The notes below the pieces were generated by a model. The model had not been told where the DNA came from. It saw only the letters and a program-made list of their open reading frames with translations, and did no database searches. A stretch of 64,000 bases of DNA from IMG/VR virus record IMGVR_UViG_3300012953_002453. The stretch is one strand, 5' to 3'. This DNA comes from an uncultured virus (IMG/VR IMGVR_UViG_3300012953_002453). Taxonomy: Duplodnaviria; Heunggongvirae; Uroviricota; Caudoviricetes. Numbering within the stretch: the first letter of the stretch is position 1; each line of letters starts with the position of its first letter. The position numbers were made by a program, and so were the translations under genes. This document shows positions 1-8,104 of the stretch, one piece after another.

Positions 1-252
1 TGCACTATCTAAAGTTCTGCCTTTTACCCATTCTGTTAACAACGATGATGAGGCAATTGCACTACCACATCCATAAGTTTTAAACTTTGCGTCTGTAATA
101 GTATTATCTTTAACTTCAATCTGCAACTTCATCACATCACCACAAGCAGGTGCTCCTACCATACCTGTACCTACATTAGGACTATCTTTGTCCATTGTAC
201 CGACATTGCGAGGGTTCTCGTAATGGTCAAGTACTTTATCCGAATAAGCCAT
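1..252 (-). CDS. iscU: Fe-S cluster scaffold protein IscU (3' part runs off the window edge)
   Basis: Manual translation MAYSDKVLDHYENPRNVG...GAPACGDVMKLQI...AKFKTYGCGSAIASSS; AGGAG SD; not in ORF track. Confidence 0.95.
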   Translation of the reverse strand, partial: MAYSDKVLDHYENPRNVGTMDKDSPNVGTGMVGAPACGDVMKLQIEVKDNTITDAKFKTYGCGSAIASSSLLTEWVKGRTLDSA

Positions 253-266
253 AATCTACTCCTGAT

Positions 267-419
267 TTAATGTTTATCTTTCCAATGTCTACTTCTTCTC
301 ATTCCTAAATAGTGTTCACCTGGTTCATAATTCCATTTGTGTCCGTGATGTCCTCTTATATCACAATACCACATTCTTAATTTGACGATTGCAACTCGCC
401 ATAAACTTCTTCTTGCCAT
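267..419 (-). CDS. Small hypothetical protein (50 aa, MARRSLWRVAIVKLRMWYCDIRGHHGHKWNYEPG...)
   Basis: Manual ORF filling the gap between gp2 and iscU, AAGG upstream. Confidence 0.55.
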   Translation of the reverse strand: MARRSLWRVAIVKLRMWYCDIRGHHGHKWNYEPGEHYLGMRRSRHWKDKH

Positions 420-456
420 TTACCTTATTACTCTTACTCATCATAAAAGTCCTCTG

Positions 457-1008
457 TTATCTTGTGCTTCTACGCCAAACGGTAGTCGCTGGTTGTTTTC
501 TAAATTGTTGTACTGGCAAGTATACTGCAACCGCAGCTTCAGAAGCATTGATACGCAAAAACTGACTTCTTACATTACTATAAAGATATTTATGAAGAGT
601 TGGTTTAACCATAGGTATATTCTTCACACTATCATAAGATACTTGGTATTTCGTATTAGGTCTTATCATATCGCCAGACAGAAATTTATCCATTCTTGCG
701 AGTAAGGTAAATCTCATTGCAGGTGGTAAGTAATGGAAATTCATTCCAATAAATCCTCCTGGTATTGGTTCTAATGGTAATACTAAAGGGAATGTGTCGT
801 AATAAGGTAGTGTTTTTTTAAATTTCGGGTCATAAAAAAATAGATTTAATCGTCCTTGAGAAGGTCTACTGATTAAGTTACCTGCTCTCATTAATGCTCT
901 TGCCTGTGTCTTGTCAGCTATACTGCCGACAGCCTTACGATACCACGCACCAGATTTTCGGGTGTTGCCTTGTTTTTGTACTAATGGGTCTAAAATAGAT
1001 ATTGCCAT
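457..1008 (-). CDS. T4 gp2-like DNA end protector protein
   Basis: FFYDPKFKKTLPYYDTFPLV...G(M)NFHYLPP motif; late promoter upstream. Confidence 0.85.
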   Translation of the reverse strand: MAISILDPLVQKQGNTRKSGAWYRKAVGSIADKTQARALMRAGNLISRPSQGRLNLFFYDPKFKKTLPYYDTFPLVLPLEPIPGGFIGMNFHYLPPAMRFTLLARMDKFLSGDMIRPNTKYQVSYDSVKNIPMVKPTLHKYLYSNVRSQFLRINASEAAVAVYLPVQQFRKQPATTVWRRSTR

Positions 1009-1016
1009 AACACATA

Positions 1017-1024
1017 TATTTATA
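1017..1024 (-). promoter_or_regulatory. T4-type late promoter TATAAATA
   Basis: Exact TATAAATA 8 nt upstream of the gp2 start. Confidence 0.8.
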
Positions 1025-1034
1025 ATAGAAATGA

Positions 1035-1062
1035 CAAAGGGTACCGTAAAAGGTACCCTTTG
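1035..1062. terminator. Hairpin terminator after gp32
   Basis: CAAAGGGTACC-N6-GGTACCCTTTG perfect inverted repeat. Confidence 0.75.
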
Positions 1063-1090
1063 CTTTTAAAGTAATGTGGAAAGAGAGAGA

Positions 1091-1993
1091 TTATTCGTCT
1101 TCAGCGAGTTTTGAAAAGTAAGATAATGTATCATCATCTTCAACGCTAGACGCCTCATTACTTTGAACCGAAGCAGCTGCTGTTGCAGGTGCTCTACTAG
1201 TAGTAGGTGGGAGGTCTATCTCACTAGCAGTCTCGGTATTCTTTGAACCAGCAACCACACGATTAAACTTCTCTTTAAGTTCATCATAAGATTTAAAATT
1301 TGCTGCTTCTAGGAATGGTTTAAGAGGATATTGTTTATTCCAGATACCTTTGATGACTTCATCATCTGTAGTAATTGGACTAACAGCCTCAAATTCAGAT
1401 TTATCGTAATTCCAGAAACCATCAACTTTTCTGATTTTCAGTTTAAAGTTTGCACCTGTCCAGAAATCAAATGGGTTAATTGGTTTTTCATCTTCAAACG
1501 CTGGCTGCATTGCTTCTGTAATCTTATCAAAAATCTTTTTACCGAATTTAAATAAGAAAACTTTGCCTTCGTTTTCAGGATGCTTAGGATCACTCACAAC
1601 ATAGATGTTTGAGTAGTATGATAATTTTCTTTTTCTCTTACGAGCAATTTCTTTATCACTATCTACACCTGTGTTCCATAATATAGTATTCTCTTCTGAC
1701 ACAGGGTCTTTCTGACCTAATGTAGTTAGAGAGTTTTCAATATACCATCCGCCAGGTCCTTGAAAAGCGTGAGACCATACTCTTGCCCACGGCATTTCTT
1801 CTTTTTGAGGTGCTGGTAAAAATCTTAACACAGCATAACCATTACCAGTTTTATCTAGTTCAGGTTTCCACAATCTGTCGTCTTGGTATTTGTTTTTAGT
1901 TTTAGCATTATCCTCAGGATTGAGGTTTGCTTCTATTTGTTTCGTCAATTTGTCAAAATTACTTTGACTATTTTTTAGATTTTCAAAATCCAT
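1091..1993 (-). CDS. T4 gp32-like single-stranded DNA-binding protein
   Basis: DDRLWKPELDKTGNGYAVLRFLPAP, WYIENSLTTLG, acidic C-terminal tail. Confidence 0.97.
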   Translation of the reverse strand: MDFENLKNSQSNFDKLTKQIEANLNPEDNAKTKNKYQDDRLWKPELDKTGNGYAVLRFLPAPQKEEMPWARVWSHAFQGPGGWYIENSLTTLGQKDPVSEENTILWNTGVDSDKEIARKRKRKLSYYSNIYVVSDPKHPENEGKVFLFKFGKKIFDKITEAMQPAFEDEKPINPFDFWTGANFKLKIRKVDGFWNYDKSEFEAVSPITTDDEVIKGIWNKQYPLKPFLEAANFKSYDELKEKFNRVVAGSKNTETASEIDLPPTTSRAPATAAASVQSNEASSVEDDDTLSYFSKLAEDE

Positions 1994-2062
1994 AGTTTAT
2001 TCTCCTTGTATGTATTTCGTATTTGTATTGTTGTATATTTGTATGTATAATAATATATGTTA

Positions 2063-2212
2063 TTATTTATGCTTCTTTTTCCACTCATTATAACCTTTTG
2101 CCCAATTTTCTCTACATTGTTTAGGAAGTCTTCTTTCCCTATAACAAGTTCGTAAAGTTTCAGCAGTTTTTACAATAGTATCTAAAATACCATAAACAAT
2201 TTTATCAAACAT
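2063..2212 (-). CDS. Small hypothetical protein (49 aa), probably leaderless
   Basis: Manual ORF MFDKIVYGILD...; ATG 8 nt below a TATAAT box. Confidence 0.5.
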   Translation of the reverse strand: MFDKIVYGILDTIVKTAETLRTCYRERRLPKQCRENWAKGYNEWKKKHK

Positions 2213-2219
2213 AAGTCTC

Positions 2220-2253
2220 ATTATACACTTTCTTTATCCTTTTGTCAAGCACC
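2220..2253 (-). promoter_or_regulatory. Sigma70-type promoter GGTGCTTGACA-17-TATAAT
   Basis: -35 at 2243-2248, -10 at 2220-2225. Confidence 0.8.
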
Positions 2254-2562
2254 TGTATAGGAATTTATCATACCCATAGCAAATATCACAGCCGCAACTG
2301 CATTTAACATAATTAATGCTCTATCGTGCCATAGCATACCTACTATGAACCAACCTACAACACCTAAAAAGTGAAATACGAGGTTCAAAGGGTGTATATT
2401 AGTTGCCGTTAGAACCATTCCAGTGAGAATAATAACACTAGAAATCCATTTAATGTACCACGATAAATCACCTTTTGGTGTTATCTTTTTAAATACTCTG
2501 GTACTATTTAATTCTTTAATCTTATCATCAAGTTTCTTCTTGTATACTTCTGTCATACTCAA
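2245..2562 (-). CDS. Small 3-TM membrane protein (DUF6552-like)
   Basis: LSWYIKW...PLNL...GWFIVGMLWHDRALIMLN pattern. Confidence 0.7.
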   Translation of the reverse strand: MSMTEVYKKKLDDKIKELNSTRVFKKITPKGDLSWYIKWISSVIILTGMVLTATNIHPLNLVFHFLGVVGWFIVGMLWHDRALIMLNAVAAVIFAMGMINSYTGA

Positions 2563-3164
2563 TTAAATATCTCTTTCATAATCAGTTTTGTTTCTGTTCT
2601 ATTGTACCGTAAGAACGGTGCAAATTTCTTTAGTCGTTTAGCATAGATAGGCCAAACTACTTTTTCCTCAATTTCTTTATTCCATTTTCTAGTGAATCCC
2701 AATAACTCTTCAAAGACCACAAAAGTTTCATAACATATTTGTTTAGATAGTAGAAGTTTGAAAAAGATTGGATGTTGACCTCCATTAACCACAAAAAGGT
2801 CATCAAAAGACAAGCGCTTATTATCCATATTATTCCTAATACTATTACACTCATTCCTAAACTGATAAGTAAAACTATCTTTACGCTTCTTGTAATCAAA
2901 GTATATATCGTGGCCATCAGACTTAGCAAGATTGCCAATCCAGGCTTTATCTTGGTGTAGAAAGTTTGACACAAAGAAGTCAACTGCTTCTTCTGCGTTA
3001 TATTTTTTAGAAAGTTTGTGAAAGAAGTATTTGTCATTTCGTTTTGTAAATGTTTCTAATTTGCAATTGACTTTACCTCCATATGTGATATAGTCATATG
3101 TTTCGGTAGTAAAGTGAAGTTTAATACCCAACCAAATTTTAAATACATCAAATCCTCCATACAT
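2559..3164 (-). CDS. T4 gp59-like helicase loader
   Basis: KLHFT..YDY..YGGK, F.KRNDKYFFHKL; position between gp33 and gp32. Confidence 0.9.
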   Translation of the reverse strand: MYGGFDVFKIWLGIKLHFTTETYDYITYGGKVNCKLETFTKRNDKYFFHKLSKKYNAEEAVDFFVSNFLHQDKAWIGNLAKSDGHDIYFDYKKRKDSFTYQFRNECNSIRNNMDNKRLSFDDLFVVNGGQHPIFFKLLLSKQICYETFVVFEELLGFTRKWNKEIEEKVVWPIYAKRLKKFAPFLRYNRTETKLIMKEIFN

Positions 3165-3373
3165 TATACAGGTAGTTCGCTTGTTTTAGGTAACAGATTT
3201 AACTTCTGACACTCTAAAGCAACCTTCTCTTTTAATGCTTTGTTAATTAATGGACCGACCGTAGCTGTGTCAATCTCTCTTTCTTCGCAATAAAGAACAA
3301 TAGCATCCATATAAGATGTTTTCTTCTCTTTTTTGAAGGCTTCTATTTCTAAACTAAATTGTTTACTATTCAT
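3164..3373 (-). CDS. T4 gp33-like late transcription co-activator
   Basis: FSLEIE...YMDAIVLYCEE.EID....LINKALKEK; synteny. Confidence 0.9.
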   Translation of the reverse strand: MNSKQFSLEIEAFKKEKKTSYMDAIVLYCEEREIDTATVGPLINKALKEKVALECQKLNLLPKTSELPV

Positions 3374-3379
3374 ATTCTC

Positions 3380-3413
3380 ACTATACTATAACTAAAGGGG
3401 TTTGTCAAGCACC
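3380..3413 (-). promoter_or_regulatory. Sigma70-type promoter (TTGACA-17-TATAGT) for gp33
   Basis: -35 at 3403-3408, -10 at 3380-3385. Confidence 0.8.
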
Positions 3414-3677
3414 AATACCAGGTTTAATTTCATATTCTTCCATAAAATCTTTTGCGTCTTCTTCAGGCATTTCAGCACAACCTATGTTGATTACCTGTGA
3501 AGTATCACCTTCTTGTCTTAATTTGTACATAAGACCACCATATAAACCATTATGATTTTGATTAACAAAACTCATACATTCTGGTAGACTATCAAACTTA
3601 TAAGCAGCGTGATGTCTAGGAAAAGTTTCTCCTTCTGCGTTCAGTAGAATTGCTACAATTAAAAATACCGTTTTCAT
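3405..3677 (-). CDS. Hypothetical protein with N-terminal hydrophobic segment
   Basis: ORF track; AAGGAG SD. Confidence 0.75.
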   Translation of the reverse strand: MKTVFLIVAILLNAEGETFPRHHAAYKFDSLPECMSFVNQNHNGLYGGLMYKLRQEGDTSQVINIGCAEMPEEDAKDFMEEYEIKPGIGA

Positions 3678-3696
3678 TTATCTCTCCTTTGAAAAC

Positions 3697-4056
3697 GAGA
3701 AGTTTCTGTTGCCAAGTACCTCTCAAACTCCGTTACCTATTAACTAGGCAGCAAGGGCAAAATTTGCTTCGCCATTTAAAATTGCGTTTGAGTTCGCCAA
3801 CTATTAATCTCCAATGGGTCATCTGCGTCTGTCAATCCTAACACACCCCCCATAAAAACACTACATACAAAGGTCTTCATACTTTGTTGTATGAAGTCTA
3901 TGTTGAGCTAAGTCTGTATTATGACGGCACATATTCTTTCGCCATAGATATAACCAATACTTTAACATAGTAGTTCTCCTTCTACTAGTGTGTTTATGGT
4001 GGAGGTGTCGGGAGTTGCACCCGAGTCCAGTCCGGTTATTACACCACCATCAACAA
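3697..4056 (-). ncRNA. ssrA: Circularly permuted (two-piece) tmRNA gene: acceptor piece ~4056-3997, intervening segment 3996-3851, coding piece 3850-~3697; tag (A)GEANFALAA
   Basis: GGGGGTG (3850-3844) pairs with CACCTCC-A-CCA (4007-3997) with a G3:U70 pair; T-arm TCGGG-TGCAACT-CCCGA; tag ORF 3773-3744 ending FALAA-TAG after TAAAT. Confidence 0.92.
3861..3968 (-). CDS. 35-aa ORF nested in the tmRNA intervening segment (MLKYWLYLWRKNMCRHNTDLAQHRLHTTKYEDLCM)
   Basis: AAGGAG SD 7 nt before ATG; ACTATG start context like other genes here. Confidence 0.65.
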   Translation of the reverse strand: MLKYWLYLWRKNMCRHNTDLAQHRLHTTKYEDLCM

Positions 4057-4251
4057 TTAATCCTTTTTAATCTTATCGCAAGTATTCTCGTCAGCATAAA
4101 GACCAGTCTCTTTGTCGTATAACCAAACATATGAGTATGCAATGCTATTGCCTTTCTCTATACATTTCTTACCGAAAGAAACTCTTGGTTCCTTTATACT
4201 ACAAGCACTTATTAAACTTGCAATAAAAATAATACTAATCAGTTTGTACAT
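4057..4251 (-). CDS. Small lipoprotein
   Basis: Signal peptide with ISAC lipobox. Confidence 0.7.
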   Translation of the reverse strand: MYKLISIIFIASLISACSIKEPRVSFGKKCIEKGNSIAYSYVWLYDKETGLYADENTCDKIKKD

Positions 4252-4564
4252 TTACTTCCTTATAATTAAATATTCCGTACACTATGCACTTTTCTCCTTG
4301 TGCTGGTGTCTCAATAATGGCCATTAACTGACCATCTTCGTTTATCCAATGAGATATAGCATAAACTATATCACCATCTTTAGCGCCACCGTTTCTTCCA
4401 AACCCAACACTATGTGGTTTCATTTTATTTGCGTCTAAAAACTCATTCATTTGAACGGCAGTAGTACACAACATAGGTGCTTGGCTGTTATAGAATATAT
4501 TGTTATCGGCACTTACATAATTACTTGTCATCAAAAACATAATAACGAGTAATAATTTCTTCAT
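4235..4564 (-). CDS. Hypothetical exported protein
   Basis: MKKLLL signal peptide; AAGGA SD. Confidence 0.7.
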   Translation of the reverse strand: MKKLLLVIMFLMTSNYVSADNNIFYNSQAPMLCTTAVQMNEFLDANKMKPHSVGFGRNGGAKDGDIVYAISHWINEDGQLMAIIETPAQGEKCIVYGIFNYKEVNVQTD

Positions 4565-4598
4565 TGTTTCCTTTTGTTATAGAAACAATTAATGTAAT

Positions 4599-5288
4599 TT
4601 ATTTCGCTGTCTCTAACTTTTTGTTCTCGTAATATTTATAAAAGTTTTCAATTGATTCTTTCAATTGTGGTTTGTAATCTTCTGGTTTCTTAATCCACTC
4701 TTGCATAGAACCATCTTCTCCTGCGATTAATATGACGATTTGTTCTATCGGTGTACCGAATATCTCTTCATACATAATTGCATAGGCAGTTGTCTGTAAA
4801 AAGTAATTATCAATCCACTCTTCAATCTTTTCTTTGTTGGCAGTTTTGAAATCAATTACTGAAAGTTTGTCTCTATATTGAGCGATACAATCAACTTGAC
4901 CTGCAAGTGTTAACTCTTTAGAGTACATAATCTCTTCAATCAAGTGTACATCACCAATGTTCTCTAGGTAGGGTCTCATTAACCTGAATAGACCAAGAGG
5001 TAGTACACCTCTTTCACTAGGTGTTTCACCTTTGATATAGTTCTCTACTAGATTGTGAGTTGCTTTACCACGATTTGCGGCTCTTCGCATTTCAAAGTTG
5101 GCGACATCTTCACCGATACTTTCTCGCCACTTCTTTAGACCTTCTGTTTTTCTGATACCTAAAATAGAGGTTACAGAAGGATAATTCTGTCCGTCAACTT
5201 CGTAAAAACGAACACCGTTTTGTCTACGACCTTTTGTCTTTGGTAGTAGGTCTTTGTTCAAATCAACAAACTTAAATTCTTTAGCCAT
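4599..5288 (-). CDS. PD-(D/E)XK (Cas4-like) exonuclease of T4-like phages
   Basis: YPSVTSIL, RG...H, AGQVDC, IDFKT, YFLQTTAYA. Confidence 0.85.
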   Translation of the reverse strand: MAKEFKFVDLNKDLLPKTKGRRQNGVRFYEVDGQNYPSVTSILGIRKTEGLKKWRESIGEDVANFEMRRAANRGKATHNLVENYIKGETPSERGVLPLGLFRLMRPYLENIGDVHLIEEIMYSKELTLAGQVDCIAQYRDKLSVIDFKTANKEKIEEWIDNYFLQTTAYAIMYEEIFGTPIEQIVILIAGEDGSMQEWIKKPEDYKPQLKESIENFYKYYENKKLETAK

Positions 5289-5321
5289 TATATTAATCCT
5301 TATCTTATTTAATTATCACTT

Positions 5322-5355
5322 ATTATATCATCACACGATACATTTGTCAAGCACC
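5322..5355 (-). promoter_or_regulatory. Sigma70-type promoter GGTGCTTGACA-17-TATAAT
   Basis: -35 at 5345-5350, -10 at 5322-5327. Confidence 0.8.
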
Positions 5356-5411
5356 TAACCTTTTTTAGCGTACATATTAATTATATCGTCTTTAGAAAAC
5401 TCACCAAGCGC

Positions 5412-5882
5412 TCAAGCAGGTTTGTATTCTTCGTATTGTGTCTTACCTTGGTCGTTTCTAAATGCTCTTAAAGTCTGTTTTCTATTGTCTGTAGTAGACT
5501 TATATGAGCAATGAATCCAACCGCTGTTAGGTTCGTCTGTCTTATGGTACTCCAATATCAATTGGTCAAAATCTAAATTTTCAGATATCCATTTTGCTAG
5601 TTCAGCATTCGGTACCCCAAAAATTTCAAAATCGGCCGCTTGACCTTTGGCGTGCTGTGAGTTAACACTACTTCCAATAGATACACATAATTCCTCACTT
5701 CGGAATCCACTTGATACCGTTACCGGTGTAGCGTAATGGTCTCTTACTGGTTGTAAGATGTTTTCACATAACTTTTGCATAGCAGTAATTTGGTCGTCAT
5801 TAGGATTGTTATTAATACCTTTCCGTTCCGCTGTTTGCGAAGCAGTTAGTTCCTTCAGACTAAAATTCTTACTTAATTTCAT
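5412..5882 (-). CDS. Peptidase M15A (D-Ala-D-Ala carboxypeptidase family), endolysin-like
   Basis: LSKNFSLKEL, SSGFRS, SQHAKGQAAD, FDQLILE, WIHCS. Confidence 0.9.
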   Translation of the reverse strand: MKLSKNFSLKELTASQTAERKGINNNPNDDQITAMQKLCENILQPVRDHYATPVTVSSGFRSEELCVSIGSSVNSQHAKGQAADFEIFGVPNAELAKWISENLDFDQLILEYHKTDEPNSGWIHCSYKSTTDNRKQTLRAFRNDQGKTQYEEYKPA

Positions 5883-6024
5883 TTAATTTTTCCTTTGCCT
5901 TTAATTTAAGTTTCTTACCTTCTTTGAGTTGTTTCCAAGTCTCAAAACTTCTATCATTATTTCTTACTTGTTCTAATACATTCACTTCCTTTTTCAGTTC
6001 TTTGTGTGCCATTTTACTGGACAT
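5869..6024 (-). CDS. Small basic coiled-coil protein (51 aa, DUF465/YdcH-like pattern)
   Basis: Manual ORF MSSKMAHKELKKEV...LKEGKKLKLKAKEKL. Confidence 0.55.
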   Translation of the reverse strand: MSSKMAHKELKKEVNVLEQVRNNDRSFETWKQLKEGKKLKLKAKEKLNEIK

Positions 6025-6027
6025 AAA

Positions 6028-6450
6028 TTACCCCCTTGTTAGTTTTAGTATCTTCTCAATCTGTGCCTTAATAATTGGTCCTCTATTTGGCCAATGAATA
6101 TAAGGTTCCTCCGTTTTAGATAAGTTGTATAGAAAAGGTAAAACGATTTTCTCTAAATCTTTAAATCTCTTCGCAACATCTTCATCTGTTAGTTCTTTTG
6201 TTATAGTATCTTTTTCAGCAACTATCTGCATAATTTCATTCATCGCTGACTTTATAGATGATACATCATTTTTAATATTAGATAGTTCAGCAGATTGACT
6301 ATCTATTTTCTTTGGGTCAATGCCTGGTTCAGATTTAGGTACTTCTGCAACAGCAGGTCCTACACCCCAACTCTCGTCATTTAAATCAAACCCTCGCATA
6401 TAATCTGGTATGTCTTTAGTCATCAAGGTCCTCCTTTTTACTCTCTTCAA
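6028..6450 (-). CDS. Conserved hypothetical phage protein (likely start MTKDIP)
   Basis: C-terminal LPFLYNL....YIHWPNR motif. Confidence 0.7.
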   Translation of the reverse strand: MKRVKRRTLMTKDIPDYMRGFDLNDESWGVGPAVAEVPKSEPGIDPKKIDSQSAELSNIKNDVSSIKSAMNEIMQIVAEKDTITKELTDEDVAKRFKDLEKIVLPFLYNLSKTEEPYIHWPNRGPIIKAQIEKILKLTRG

Positions 6451-6646
6451 GTTTTATTAAAGCGTGTTCTCTAATGTTCTTGTCTGTTGTCGCCATAACA
6501 CCCAAGTCAAAAGCACTATACGCCATACTTGCACTATTCTTACTTGCAACTGCACTAGTCATACCACCTACCGTAAACAAACTTGATAGGTTTGCACTAC
6601 AACCGGTAGTAAGGACGAATAGCAATATTAGTAATAACTTGTTCAT
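6416..6646 (-). CDS. Small lipoprotein
   Basis: Signal peptide with LTTGC lipobox. Confidence 0.65.
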   Translation of the reverse strand: MNKLLLILLFVLTTGCSANLSSLFTVGGMTSAVASKNSASMAYSAFDLGVMATTDKNIREHALIKLEESKKEDLDD

Positions 6647-6955
6647 TTAATCTTTCGGTAATATTTTATGTTTTTGTAATACTTGTCTCGTCTTTATTTC
6701 TTTGATAGACCTTTTGCCGTGTTCGGCTGAGAAGTTGGTACCAGGATTTCTTTCTGCAATCTTTGATTGAAGTTCTTTCCATCCACTATCGTTTTTAAGT
6801 CTACTACTATATCCTGTTCCACTAATGATATTTATAGAAGTGACCATCTGCTGAATATGTTTATTCTTCTTTAGGTACTTCTCTTTTTCAGAAATACCCA
6901 TTAATTCAGTAAATTCTTCACCTGTTTTTGTGTTTTTAAACGAATATGTTGGCAT
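6647..6955 (-). CDS. FmdB-like small protein lacking Zn-binding cysteines
   Basis: MPTYSFKNTKTGEEF N-terminus. Confidence 0.65.
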   Translation of the reverse strand: MPTYSFKNTKTGEEFTELMGISEKEKYLKKNKHIQQMVTSINIISGTGYSSRLKNDSGWKELQSKIAERNPGTNFSAEHGKRSIKEIKTRQVLQKHKILPKD

Positions 6956-6961
6956 TATGTT

Positions 6962-7348
6962 CTACTTCAATGTCAAGTGAAATTGTACTTGTGATACTGC
7001 TTCTGCCATATCTTCAAGTATAGAAAGTAAATCTTCGTACTGGTTTAATTCATTCTTTTGCGATAAGTCATAAGACGCTTTCGCTAAATCTTGTCCGTAT
7101 TGTACGATTTCGGATATCGTATGGTCACACGATTGATAATTTTGTAATGTGTGTTGACCGCTTTCAATGTGTATTCTTGTATTTGCATTACCTTGGTATG
7201 TTTCTACAAGTCTATCGTTTAGAGTATTTAATTTTGTATAGTATTCACCAAGTCCTTCGTGTTCACTATAACTTTTTGTTTGCCAATGTGCCAATTGTAT
7301 ATTATTTAAATGTACAATTGTTTTTCCTACTAATGTTTCTATCATCAT
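6962..7348 (-). CDS. Ferritin/Dps-like four-helix protein (DUF5856-like)
   Basis: HWQTKSYSEH..LGEYY...D.LVE.YQG; TATAAATA at 7371-7378. Confidence 0.7.
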   Translation of the reverse strand: MMIETLVGKTIVHLNNIQLAHWQTKSYSEHEGLGEYYTKLNTLNDRLVETYQGNANTRIHIESGQHTLQNYQSCDHTISEIVQYGQDLAKASYDLSQKNELNQYEDLLSILEDMAEAVSQVQFHLTLK

Positions 7349-7362
7349 AATTGTTCCTTATT

Positions 7363-7524
7363 CTATTTTTTATTTATAATATCTTTATGATATTGTGTTA
7401 AAGCGTTATCTTCATCTGTTGCTTTCTTTGGTTTGTATGTCGCAACAAGAAAGGCTATAAAGAAACCTACAATCGTAACCGTCATACCGATTACAAAAAA
7501 GAGTAAACCATACTCAGCTTGCAT
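7363..7524 (-). CDS. Small membrane protein
   Basis: One TM segment; start revised to MQAEYG. Confidence 0.55.
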   Translation of the reverse strand: MQAEYGLLFFVIGMTVTIVGFFIAFLVATYKPKKATDEDNALTQYHKDIINKK

Positions 7525-8104
7525 TAGCAACTCCTTCTGTAAACCATTCAGGTGCTTTACCAGGATGTGACCATCTAGCAAAGTCTACTTTTTTCATAAT
7601 ATAATATTTACGGTAACTTGCAACTACATCAATAACACCTTCATTGAAGACTTTACATTCTTCAGGCATAGCAGGTGTTGGTAGTGTTGCAATTTTGTTT
7701 AGTGTTGCATTAAGAGGTGGTTCTTTTAGAATATCACCTAGCAACTGAAAAGACTTATGACCTAATGGTTTGTTTTTAGGAAATCTTTCCATAAATTCTT
7801 CGTTCAATGCTTTGAAGTGTCTGTACAACCAAGTATAATTGTAAGCAGATTCCATTACCCATTTAGTACTAGGGTGACCTAACCAACCTGCTTTGTAGAT
7901 AATTGCCTCTTCGTTAGAATTAGGTAGTCGCCATCTTTTGATGTCTCTACCGTTCTTTGTTTTTGCAATATACAATTCACCGTCTGCAACTCTTTTTGCT
8001 GTACATAGCATTTGAGCGCTTTCTAGTATCATCTTTACAATATGTTTATCACAACTCATCTTGGCTGCGATTACAGGGTCTTTATCTAATACAAATATAT
8101 TCAC
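7514..8104 (-). CDS. Pyrimidine-dimer DNA glycosylase/endonuclease V-like family protein
   Basis: MNIFVLD.DP..AA...CDKH.VKMILESAQML, HP...W, YRKYY. Confidence 0.75.
   Translation of the reverse strand: MNIFVLDKDPVIAAKMSCDKHIVKMILESAQMLCTAKRVADGELYIAKTKNGRDIKRWRLPNSNEEAIIYKAGWLGHPSTKWVMESAYNYTWLYRHFKALNEEFMERFPKNKPLGHKSFQLLGDILKEPPLNATLNKIATLPTPAMPEECKVFNEGVIDVVASYRKYYIMKKVDFARWSHPGKAPEWFTEGVANAS

Noticed and set aside
4599..5288. Cas4-like nuclease as evidence of CRISPR-Cas
   Set aside because: No array or other cas genes were seen; stand-alone nucleases of this kind are common in T4-like phages.
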